Shown piece after piece: positions 16,607 through 25,323 of a DNA stretch of 43,010 bases. This DNA is from Patescibacteria group bacterium UBA1400 (GTDB lineage Bacteria > Patescibacteriota > Microgenomatia > UBA1400), in NCBI GenBank assembly GCA_002305125.1, contig DBQG01000050.1:1-43010 (forward strand). Reading direction: 5' to 3'. A program made the position numbers and the translations under genes. The notes beneath the pieces are model-generated. The model was given only the letters and a program-made list of their open reading frames with translations. It ran no database searches and had not been told where the DNA came from. Each line of letters starts with the position of its first letter. Positions within the stretch are counted from its first letter, which is position 1.

Positions 16607-19117
16607 CTACTTCCAAGAAGGAAACCAGAAAAAGAAGTCAACCAAATTTTTTGGTAATAAAACTCCAGCATACAAAGGATAGAAAAAAAAGAAGGCAACG
16701 ACAACTAAACTTAAGTAAAAGTAAACAAAGTGGCTGCTATTTTTGCTCCAATTCCTACTTTCATTTAAAAACCAGGCAATAAGAATCGTTAAAAATGGAA
16801 CAGCTGGAAGATAATGGTGTAAAAACATAATTCTTGGAGAAAAAGTCCAGGGCAGAAAAAAAATAAAGTAAAAGAATACAATAAGAGCTAGGTTTAATTC
16901 TTTGAATTTTAAAAATCTTTTAATAACCTTAAACAATATCCAAGGTAAAATAAATACGCCTGTCCACCAAATAATAGGATTACCTAAATTATAAATATTC
17001 CCAATTTTATTTTCTTCGTATTTAACCCAAAACCAAACAGGTCTCCACATAATAGGCCAAGTTAAGGCAGAAGATTGATAAGGGTGAGTTGCTTTTAGGC
17101 TGGTATGATACCACCACATCTGTTTTTGAAGTTCCAAAAACCGGTCAAAACTATGACCAGAAGTAAAAAAGGGCAAGTAGCAAAGTAAGTAAACAAGCGG
17201 AGGAACAATAAAATAACCTAAGAAGCTAACTACATATTTTAACCTTATCTTGTTAGTATTTTTCTCTTCTAAAAACTGCTTGACTAAAAGAACTATTACT
17301 GCTGGAAACAAATACAATCCTGTCCACTTGGTTCCGATAGCCATTCCCAAACAAACAGCAGACAGTAAATAATTCTTTTTTAAACTTAAAAGAATTGTAA
17401 AAAGAAGGAAGAAAAGAAAATAAACATCAGCCATGCCCACCCTACTCATAACAAATAAAAGCCCATCAAAAGCAAGAATAAAAGCAGCGAGTAGGCCTAT
17501 CTTTTCATTCTTAAAAACCTGACGGGCAATTAAATAAGTTAAGTAAATAACTCCCACTCCAAATAACGTCGCAGGAAAACGGAAAGCATACTGAGCCATC
17601 TTATTATTTTGACCAAACAATAATACTCCCCCTGCCATAAAAAGCTTAGCCAAAGGAGGATGAGTCCACTCATAAGCAAAGCCTTCAGGAGAAGCATTCC
17701 ACCATTCCCAGGCTTTAATATTGCCTTTTGCCATTTCCTGGGCTGTAAAACCATGATAAACCTCATCAAAAATATAATCAGGCGGATGCCAAATATTAAA
17801 AACCCTAATAACAAAGCTAAAAAAAAGAATTAAACCAAGATAAAGTTTAACATTTTTTACCCTAATCCAGCGGTTTGTTATTTTATTGATTTTAAAAAAT
17901 GACAAAAATCTTTCACTGTCAAACTTAACTTCTTTTAGCTTCCCTACCCAAAAGAATAAAGTTATCAGATAAACAAAAATGGTAATCAAGCTTAGCAAAA
18001 AAGAAGTTCCCCCAAAAACGTTTGTTATTTTTGAGAAATCAGGATAGTAATAATTATAAACAAAAAACAGGTTAACCAAATGAGCAAAAGAAAGAAAAAT
18101 AAAACCCAGAAGTAAAACAACGGATCTATAAAGACCTGTTGCTATGAGCAAAAAAGGAAGGGTGGACAAAAGATATCTTTCATGCACTCTGGTAGGAAAA
18201 AGAAAAAAGTTAAAAAGAAATAAAGCTCCTGCCAAATAAAAAGCTCTTTTTTTACCCTTCTTTTTTAAAAGGAAAAAGGCAACTATAGCCTCCCAGAATA
18301 AAAATATAAATAACCCCCATTGTTGATAGGAAAAATTTAAAAATAAGGCAGCATCTTGCTGCCAACCAGCTATAAGTCCCCATAAGTTAAAAGCATTTAG
18401 AGAGGTATAGGCATAATCTTCTCCCATCTGAATTATAAGTTTAAAAAGGCCAAAAAAGGGATCATAAGGAAAAAAAGGTAAAGCTAAAAATAGAACCATA
18501 AGCAAAGCTAAACTAAGGTAAATTATTCCCTTTAAAAACTTTCTCTGTTTAAGGAAAAAAACTATTATTAAAGGAAAAATGAATAATGCCTGAGGTTTTA
18601 CCAAAAGAGCTAAGCTATAAATTAAAGAAGAAGTAATAATTTTATTTTTATTTAATAAAAAATAAATGGTAGAAACCAACAGTAAGTTTAATAAAGAATC
18701 TGCCTGTCCCCAAACACTAGAATTAAAAATCACGGCAGGATTAAGCAGGTAAAGCAGAAAGCTTGTCCAGGCCCACTTGGATGACTTTATTTTTACTATT
18801 TTGAAAATTAAAACTGCGGTGATAATATCAGCTAAATTATTAGGCAATTTAAATAGTTGCAATAATAAAAACGGGTCAGTAATACTAAAAAGCTTTTTAA
18901 GCCAACCCAACCCCCATAAAATAAAAAGATAGCCAGGCGTATAATGAGTCCAGATATCAGGATGGTAAAAATTAGCAGGTCCCAAGCTAACTAATCTATC
19001 TGCCCAACTGTACCAAGCGGACATGTCTACCCTAAAACCTTTAAAAAAAGACAGCAAGATTCTTATTAAAAAACCAAAGCTAATTAAACTCCAAAAAATA
19101 ATCTTTTCTCTTTTCAT
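16607..19117 (-). CDS. Fused double GT-C membrane glycosyltransferase (N-terminal COG5542/DUF2029-like module plus C-terminal PMT/GT39-like module)
   Basis: 836-aa polytopic ORF. The second half has 'YIFDEVYHGFTAQEM' (the PMT loop-1 DE motif), 'EWTHPPLAKL' and the PMT C-terminal signature 'THPYQSSALTWPIMWRPVWFW'. The first ~400 aa form a separate multi-TM module with 'FRVDMSAWYSWADRL'. Confidence 0.7.
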   Translation of the reverse strand: MKREKIIFWSLISFGFLIRILLSFFKGFRVDMSAWYSWADRLVSLGPANFYHPDIWTHYTPGYLFILWGLGWLKKLFSITDPFLLLQLFKLPNNLADIITAVLIFKIVKIKSSKWAWTSFLLYLLNPAVIFNSSVWGQADSLLNLLLVSTIYFLLNKNKIITSSLIYSLALLVKPQALFIFPLIIVFFLKQRKFLKGIIYLSLALLMVLFLALPFFPYDPFFGLFKLIIQMGEDYAYTSLNAFNLWGLIAGWQQDAALFLNFSYQQWGLFIFLFWEAIVAFFLLKKKGKKRAFYLAGALFLFNFFLFPTRVHERYLLSTLPFLLIATGLYRSVVLLLGFIFLSFAHLVNLFFVYNYYYPDFSKITNVFGGTSFLLSLITIFVYLITLFFWVGKLKEVKFDSERFLSFFKINKITNRWIRVKNVKLYLGLILFFSFVIRVFNIWHPPDYIFDEVYHGFTAQEMAKGNIKAWEWWNASPEGFAYEWTHPPLAKLFMAGGVLLFGQNNKMAQYAFRFPATLFGVGVIYLTYLIARQVFKNEKIGLLAAFILAFDGLLFVMSRVGMADVYFLFFLLFTILLSLKKNYLLSAVCLGMAIGTKWTGLYLFPAVIVLLVKQFLEEKNTNKIRLKYVVSFLGYFIVPPLVYLLCYLPFFTSGHSFDRFLELQKQMWWYHTSLKATHPYQSSALTWPIMWRPVWFWVKYEENKIGNIYNLGNPIIWWTGVFILPWILFKVIKRFLKFKELNLALIVFFYFIFFLPWTFSPRIMFLHHYLPAVPFLTILIAWFLNESRNWSKNSSHFVYFYLSLVVVAFFFFYPLYAGVLLPKNLVDFFFWFPSWK

Positions 19118-20353
19118 CTAAGAAACTCTCTTTTTTAAAATAATGCTTCTGACACCAACGATAAACAGAAAAATTATACTAACATTCCTTAGAATTTGTA
19201 AGTAAAAAATTTCCAGCTGATGACCCTGATTATAAAATTGATCCAAAAACTGACTATATAAAATAGGATAAATAAACTGATTTATTAACGCTATTATAAC
19301 GGCAATAAAAAAAATTATTAAATAATCAAAAAAATACTTCTTACTGGTTTTTAAAAGAGGAATAAAGGACATAAACCAAAAAAGATACTGAGGATGAAGG
19401 TTTTTAGAAAAGATTAAAAATAAAATTCCCAAAAGCATGAAAATACCAGCCTTAACCTGAAGGTGAAAAAAATTCTTAAAATATAAAAAAATATAAAATC
19501 CCAAAAGACTAAAAATCCAATACCAATTAAGCCAAACACTATTGTTCAACCTATCAACAATGCCCCAAACGCCATATCCTCCTATTAATGCCGGAGGTTT
19601 CCCCGCTGTTAATAAAGATTTTGCTGTTAACACTACCCCATAAGTGCTTTCAATACTAATGGGTTTCTTGGCATGAAAGCTAAGACTTGTGGCCAACTGC
19701 TCAAGATTTCCCCCAAGAATAAAAAAAGACAAAGCAGCTGCCATCAAAGCTATAAAAAAGAAGCTTAAAGATAAAAAAATCTTTTTATACTGCTTTTTAA
19801 AAAATAATAAAAGCAGTAAATAAGGCAGAAAAATTATCGGATAAACTTTTAAAGATACGGCAAATCCCAACAAAAAAAAAGAAAGGTAGGTTTTTTTCTT
19901 TTTATAAGCTAAAAAACCCAAAAGAACCAGCAGGGAAACCATAAGCTCAAAACGGAATAGCAGAATCGGCCCCAAAGCCAATAGTAAAATTAAATATAAA
20001 TATGAATTTATTAAAGGTCTCTGAGAAAAATAAAGATAAAGATGTAAAAATAAAAGCAGGATATTAACTAATAAAAAAGACATAAGATAATTAAGATAAG
20101 TTAAACTGGCAGTACCAAATAGATTAAATAAAAGAGGTGTAAAAAGAAAAATTAAAGTACCGGGCAATATTTCATTATTTTGTAAATTTATAAAACTGAA
20201 GCTTTGTAAGAAAACCTCAACTTGCTTAGTGTAATAATTATAAACATCAACCTCTAAATGCCCTCTCCAGACAGGATTATGAGACTGAAGAAAAATTATT
20301 GTTAAAACAAGTTGAGCCAAAAAAAGAAGAGCTATTTTTTTATACTTAAACAT
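19118..20353 (-). CDS. GT-C fold membrane glycosyltransferase (DUF2029/GT87-like)
   Basis: 411-aa polytopic ORF. An early loop reads 'LEVDVYNYY', and 'SLKVYPIIFLPYLLL' is present. It abuts the downstream gene with no gap. Confidence 0.5.
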   Translation of the reverse strand: MFKYKKIALLFLAQLVLTIIFLQSHNPVWRGHLEVDVYNYYTKQVEVFLQSFSFINLQNNEILPGTLIFLFTPLLFNLFGTASLTYLNYLMSFLLVNILLLFLHLYLYFSQRPLINSYLYLILLLALGPILLFRFELMVSLLVLLGFLAYKKKKTYLSFFLLGFAVSLKVYPIIFLPYLLLLLFFKKQYKKIFLSLSFFFIALMAAALSFFILGGNLEQLATSLSFHAKKPISIESTYGVVLTAKSLLTAGKPPALIGGYGVWGIVDRLNNSVWLNWYWIFSLLGFYIFLYFKNFFHLQVKAGIFMLLGILFLIFSKNLHPQYLFWFMSFIPLLKTSKKYFFDYLIIFFIAVIIALINQFIYPILYSQFLDQFYNQGHQLEIFYLQILRNVSIIFLFIVGVRSIILKKRVS

Positions 20354-20450
20354 TTACATTTAAACTAAATAATATCCATTATTATGATACACATTCTTTT
20401 ATCCGCTTGCCAATTTTTCATGTTAAGTAAATTTGTTAACCGAAGTTTTG

Positions 20451-21530
20451 TCAGTACCTTTTGAAGATTTTTTCATCAAAATATTTATGAATTCTACTCC
20501 AATCATTGTCTCTTGGTATTAATACCCACTGTCCATACTCTTCTATTGGAGGATTATATAAAAATCCAGGATTTTCCTCATCTCCATAATCCAAGCTTAA
20601 AGTTCTTATCTGATTGTGGTTTTTAACAAACCTTAGAAAAAGACTTAAAAAAGCGGTCGTCTGCTGTTGAGAGAACTGCGTATCAAGCTTAACATTACTT
20701 CCTAAAGTACTCCTAATTTCCATAATCTTTTTAGGATTAAACATCACATCTAAGGAAAGAATACGATCCTTTAGAGCTAAAAGTATTTGTTTTTGCCGCT
20801 GAGAACGGGCAAAATCTGTTCCTTCTTCTCCTTCGGCATTTCTGGATCTAACATACTTTAGGGCTGACTGGCCGTTCATGTGTTGCAGGCCAGCGTCAAA
20901 ATGTAAATGTTCATACCGACATTTATACTCTAAATCGCCACCACATTCATCATTCTCCCTACCAGCAATCGGATACTTATAGTCATCAAAACTTCTGTCT
21001 ACTTTCACTTCAATTCCATCAAGTAAATCTATCAATTGAACAAAACCCTGAAAATCCATTAAAACAACGTAATGAACTGGCTGATTAACTACCTCATAAA
21101 CAGCATCTTTGACTAATACAAATCCTCCTCCTTCTTTTCGTTCCTCTCCATAATGATAGGCAGTATTTATTTTTGCCTGTAGTGAATCAAGCCAAACATC
21201 ACGGGGCAAAGATAACATAACTGTATCAGCATCATTTTTATCAATAGAAATAAAAATCATCGTGTCGGTTAAATCATTACCTTCGTGATCTCCTCCACTT
21301 ACACCTAGAAGTAAAATGTTGGTTCTGTTATTATTAGAATCTAGGCTGGAAGTATCAGCAGTCATAAGAGAAAAAGCCAGTTTTGGACCTTTAAATGTTT
21401 GGGATAAAAAGTCTTTACAAAAAGGGGCTGTCAGTTTAAGCAAAAAAAGACCTCCTATTATCGCCATTCCTAAAATTAAGGGTTTTAACAAAGATAAATA
21501 TTTAAAAAACTGACGTTTAATCTTGCTCAT
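20451..21530 (-). CDS. LytR-CpsA-Psr (LCP) family glycopolymer-peptidoglycan ligase
   Basis: 359-aa ORF with an N-terminal TM. The LCP core reads 'NILLLGVSGGDHEGNDLTDTMIFISID...VMLSLPRDVW' and 'GQSALKYVRSR'. Confidence 0.85.
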   Translation of the reverse strand: MSKIKRQFFKYLSLLKPLILGMAIIGGLFLLKLTAPFCKDFLSQTFKGPKLAFSLMTADTSSLDSNNNRTNILLLGVSGGDHEGNDLTDTMIFISIDKNDADTVMLSLPRDVWLDSLQAKINTAYHYGEERKEGGGFVLVKDAVYEVVNQPVHYVVLMDFQGFVQLIDLLDGIEVKVDRSFDDYKYPIAGRENDECGGDLEYKCRYEHLHFDAGLQHMNGQSALKYVRSRNAEGEEGTDFARSQRQKQILLALKDRILSLDVMFNPKKIMEIRSTLGSNVKLDTQFSQQQTTAFLSLFLRFVKNHNQIRTLSLDYGDEENPGFLYNPPIEEYGQWVLIPRDNDWSRIHKYFDEKIFKRY

Positions 21531-21550
21531 TTTTACATTAAAATTTTAAC

Positions 21551-23368
21551 ATGGTCTTTAAATTAGGGGAAGATTTAAATCCAGAACAGAAAAAAGCAGT
21601 CTTATTTGACAAGGGACCTTTATTGGTTTTAGCCGGTGCTGGTTCGGGAAAAACCAGAGTTTTAACTTATAAAACCAGTTTTTATATTTTAGAAAAGAAA
21701 GTTAATCCGCAAAACATTCTCCTACTAACCTTTACCAATAAATCAGCCGAAGAAATGAAACAAAGAATAAAAAACCAGCTTCTTCCCCAGTTAAAACCCC
21801 TAGTCCTTCCCTTTGCCGGTACTTTTCATTCCCTTTGTGCCAAGATTTTAAGAAAAGAAGGTAAGCACCTGGGCATCCTCCCCTCATATCTTATTTACGA
21901 TAAAACTGATCAAAAAGATTTAATTAAACACGTTATGGGGCTTTTAGATATTTCCACACAGAAATTTCAGCCAGCTTCTATCTCTGCCACCATTTCATCG
22001 GCTAAAAATGAACTTATGGATCCTGATGAGTATAAAAAATATGCCAGAGGTTATTTTCAAGAAACGGTGGCCAAAATTTACCCCCTTTACCAACAGCTTT
22101 TATCTGACTATCAGGCTTTAGATTTTGATGATCTTATCTTAAAAACAGTAAAGATTTTTGAACAAGAACCCAAAGTTTTACAAACTTATGAAAACTTATT
22201 TAAATATATTCTTGTTGACGAATATCATGATACCAATCATGCTCAATATAAGTTAACTAAACTTCTGGCTAAAAATCACCAAAACCTTACTGTTGTCGCT
22301 GACTGTTCCCAAAGTATTTATGGTTGGAGAGGGGCTGATTTCCGCAATGTATTAAATTTACAAAAAGACTTTCCTTCCATTAAAACCATTAATTTAGAAC
22401 AAAACTACCGTTGTAGCAAAACAATTCTTAAAGCGGCCTTCTCAGTTATAAACAAAAACACCACTCATCCTGTCTTAAATTTGTGGACAGAAAACTTTAC
22501 AGGCAACAAAATTAAATTCTATCAGGCTCTTTCAGAAAAAGATGAGGCTTTATTTATAGTCCAGGAAGTTTTAGGACAAATGGTAAATAATCATGCTAGC
22601 TTCGATGATTTTGTCGTCCTTTACCGCACCAATGCTCAATCGCGGGTACTGGAAGAGGCTTTTTTACAAGCCAGCTTGCCTTATATTCTTGTCGGCGGCG
22701 TCCGTTTTTACGAACGAAAGGAAATAAAAGACTGCCTCGCTTATCTAAGACTGCTGCAAAACCCAAAAGACAGAATTTCTTATAAAAGAGTTGAAAAACT
22801 GGGAAAAAGAAAACTTGATAAGTTTTTAGAGCTCCAAGAAAAAATTGACCTAACAAAAATAAAAACCATTGATCTTTTAAAAAAGGTTTTGGAAACTGTT
22901 GATTACTGGTCTTTTTTTAATAAAAAGGATGAAAAAGATTTGGCTAGAATTGAGAATATTAAAGAACTTTTTTCTGTGGCTTTGGAATTTACCAAACTGA
23001 CCGATTTTCTGGAAAATGTGGCCCTAGTAGAACAAGAGTATCAATCAGAAACTGATCTTAAAACAGAAGGAAAAAAAGCCGTAACTTTAATGACCCTACA
23101 TGCCGCTAAAGGCCTAGAGTTTAAAACTGTTTTTATGACCGGCATGGAAGAAGGAATCTTTCCCCACTCCCGCAGCTTATTGGCAAAAGACGAGCTTGAA
23201 GAAGAAAGAAGACTAGCATATGTAGGCATAACCAGGGCTAAAGAAAACCTTTATTTAACCTGCAGCAGGCAGCGTTTATACTTTGGCAGCCAGAACTATA
23301 ACCAAATTTCCCGCTTCATTACCGAAATTGATAGTAATTTGCTACAATTAGTTAATGATCGTTCGTGA
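21551..23368 (+). CDS. pcrA: UvrD/PcrA/Rep-family SF1 DNA helicase (short, 605 aa)
   Basis: Motifs 'LNPEQKKAV', 'AGAGSGKTRVLT', 'ILVDEYHDTN', 'YGWRGA', 'LEQNYRC', 'TLHAAKGLEF' and 'ERRLAYVGITRAK' are present. Confidence 0.85.
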   Translation: MVFKLGEDLNPEQKKAVLFDKGPLLVLAGAGSGKTRVLTYKTSFYILEKKVNPQNILLLTFTNKSAEEMKQRIKNQLLPQLKPLVLPFAGTFHSLCAKILRKEGKHLGILPSYLIYDKTDQKDLIKHVMGLLDISTQKFQPASISATISSAKNELMDPDEYKKYARGYFQETVAKIYPLYQQLLSDYQALDFDDLILKTVKIFEQEPKVLQTYENLFKYILVDEYHDTNHAQYKLTKLLAKNHQNLTVVADCSQSIYGWRGADFRNVLNLQKDFPSIKTINLEQNYRCSKTILKAAFSVINKNTTHPVLNLWTENFTGNKIKFYQALSEKDEALFIVQEVLGQMVNNHASFDDFVVLYRTNAQSRVLEEAFLQASLPYILVGGVRFYERKEIKDCLAYLRLLQNPKDRISYKRVEKLGKRKLDKFLELQEKIDLTKIKTIDLLKKVLETVDYWSFFNKKDEKDLARIENIKELFSVALEFTKLTDFLENVALVEQEYQSETDLKTEGKKAVTLMTLHAAKGLEFKTVFMTGMEEGIFPHSRSLLAKDELEEERRLAYVGITRAKENLYLTCSRQRLYFGSQNYNQISRFITEIDSNLLQLVNDRS

Positions 23369-24356
23369 AGTTTATCTTGAAGAAAAAGAACAATTTAACC
23401 AAGTGGTTACTCACCCCCTGCAATCTTGGCAATGGGGGGAGTTTAGAGAAAAAACAGGAGTTAAAGTCTTAAGGATTTCGGGTTTTGAGCAAAAAAATGT
23501 AATCTCCGGCTTTCAGCTTACCATTCATCCTATTCCTAAAACAAATTATACCATCGGCTATTTACCAAAATGTACAAAACCAGACTCACAGATATTTGAA
23601 GCCCTTAAAAAAATCGGCCAGGATTATAACTGTATTTTCATTAAGATGGAGCCTAACCTTACTTCCGGTAAACAGTATTTTTTAGAAAACAACTGCATGC
23701 CGGGCAGACCTTTGTTTACTAAATATACCTTTCAAATCGATCTGAGAAAGACGGAAGAAAATTTACTGGAACAAATGAAACAGAAAACAAGATATAATCT
23801 TAGGCTGGCTCAAAAAAATGGCGTCAAAGTTGAAGAAGATAATTCTTTAAACGCCTTTCAAGCTTACCTTGAGCTCACTTTCCAAACTACTAAAAGACAA
23901 AAGTTTTATGCTCATAACAAAGAGTATCATGAAAAAATGTGGCAAACTCTTTTCCCCAGTGGTATTGCCCATCTTTTAAAGGCAACTTATAAAAATCAAA
24001 TTTTAGCTACCTGGATCTTATTTACTTTTAATAATGTCTTATACTATCCTTACGGAGCTTCTTCGCGGGAGTACCGGGAAGTTATGGCTTCAAACCTTCT
24101 AATGTGGGAAGCGATCAGATTTGGTCAACAGCAGCACTGTCATACTTTTGATATGTGGGGCAGTTTGGGACCCGAACCTGACACAAAAGACCCCTGGTAT
24201 GGATTTCACCGTTTTAAAGAAGGCTATGGTGCTAACCTGGTTGAATTTATCGGTACCTATGACTTTATCTTAAACCAACCTTTATACAATCTTTATAATA
24301 TTGCTGATAATTTACGCTGGAAATATTTAAAACTCAAAGCCTTGCTTCCTTTTTAA
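23355..24356 (+). CDS. FemAB-family peptidoglycan interpeptide-bridge aminoacyltransferase
   Basis: 333-aa ORF. It has 'PLQSWQWGEFREKTG', 'MKQKTRYNLRLAQKNGV', 'YYPYGASS' and 'GFHRFKEGYG'. It overlaps pcrA by 14 nt. Confidence 0.75.
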   Translation: MIVREVYLEEKEQFNQVVTHPLQSWQWGEFREKTGVKVLRISGFEQKNVISGFQLTIHPIPKTNYTIGYLPKCTKPDSQIFEALKKIGQDYNCIFIKMEPNLTSGKQYFLENNCMPGRPLFTKYTFQIDLRKTEENLLEQMKQKTRYNLRLAQKNGVKVEEDNSLNAFQAYLELTFQTTKRQKFYAHNKEYHEKMWQTLFPSGIAHLLKATYKNQILATWILFTFNNVLYYPYGASSREYREVMASNLLMWEAIRFGQQQHCHTFDMWGSLGPEPDTKDPWYGFHRFKEGYGANLVEFIGTYDFILNQPLYNLYNIADNLRWKYLKLKALLPF

Positions 24357-24357
24357 C

Positions 24358-25323
24358 ATGAACACTTTCTTTCCGCTTCAAGACGTCCGGCAAACCGTTT
24401 TTTATGCTAATTTTATGAAAAAAATGGGCTGGAGAGTAAAAAAAATTGATTGTTGTTATCTGTTTTTTAAGAAACTACCTTTTTTACCTTTTTATCTAGG
24501 AAAAATCTTGCGCTACAGCAATAAACTTAATCTCCAAAAGTTAAAAGATGCGGTAAAAAAATATCGCTTTCTCTTTATCAAGCTTTACCCTTTTCAAATA
24601 CATAAAAACTTAGTAAGTCATACTAAAAAGCAAGGAAAAACCAAAAACTCTCTTTTCAAAAAAGACAATCATCCTTTAATCCCCACTAAAACTATTTTTC
24701 TTGATTTGGAAAAGAACCTTGAAGAAATAAAAAAAAGTTTCAAGCAAAAAACCCGCTATAATTTAAATTTAAGCCTGAGAAAAGAAGTTATAACAAAAGT
24801 TATTGACGGCGGCCGTATAACAAATAAACAGTTAAAAGAATTTTTTGACCTTTGGTCCCAAAACAAACCTTATAATTTTCTTTTCAAACCCTCCCTTAAA
24901 GAACTGCTGAGTTTAACTGAAAGCTTTTCTAAAAATTGTTTTTTTGTTTTTGTTTTTAAGCATAAGGAAATTATTGCCCAAAGCTTAATCTTAACTTCAA
25001 AAAATATGGCCTGTTACTGGTTTAATGCTTCTAATAAAAAAGGAAAGGCTTTATTTGCTCCTACTTTAGTAATTTGGGAAGCTGTCAGAGAAGGAAAAAA
25101 AAGGGGTTTAAAAGTGTTTGATCTTGATGGTATCTATGACAAAAGGTTCAATAATCAAGCCGGATGGCAGGGGTTTAGCAGATTTAAACAAGGGTTTGGG
25201 GGCAAAATAGTTGTTTTCACAAAACCTTTAACCTTTAAAACTTTTCTTTTAAACAGATTACTGCCAGGCGGGACAAAGAAGTTTAAAAGGACAAAAGTCA
25301 CAGTAAAGTCCGGGACTGGGTAA
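24358..25323 (+). CDS. Second, more divergent FemAB-family/GNAT-fold protein
   Basis: 321-aa ORF. It has 'FKQKTRYNLNLSLRKEV' and 'GFSRFKQGFGG'. The last ~22 codons overlap the 3' end of the convergent helicase-nuclease gene. Confidence 0.6.
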   Translation: MNTFFPLQDVRQTVFYANFMKKMGWRVKKIDCCYLFFKKLPFLPFYLGKILRYSNKLNLQKLKDAVKKYRFLFIKLYPFQIHKNLVSHTKKQGKTKNSLFKKDNHPLIPTKTIFLDLEKNLEEIKKSFKQKTRYNLNLSLRKEVITKVIDGGRITNKQLKEFFDLWSQNKPYNFLFKPSLKELLSLTESFSKNCFFVFVFKHKEIIAQSLILTSKNMACYWFNASNKKGKALFAPTLVIWEAVREGKKRGLKVFDLDGIYDKRFNNQAGWQGFSRFKQGFGGKIVVFTKPLTFKTFLLNRLLPGGTKKFKRTKVTVKSGTG

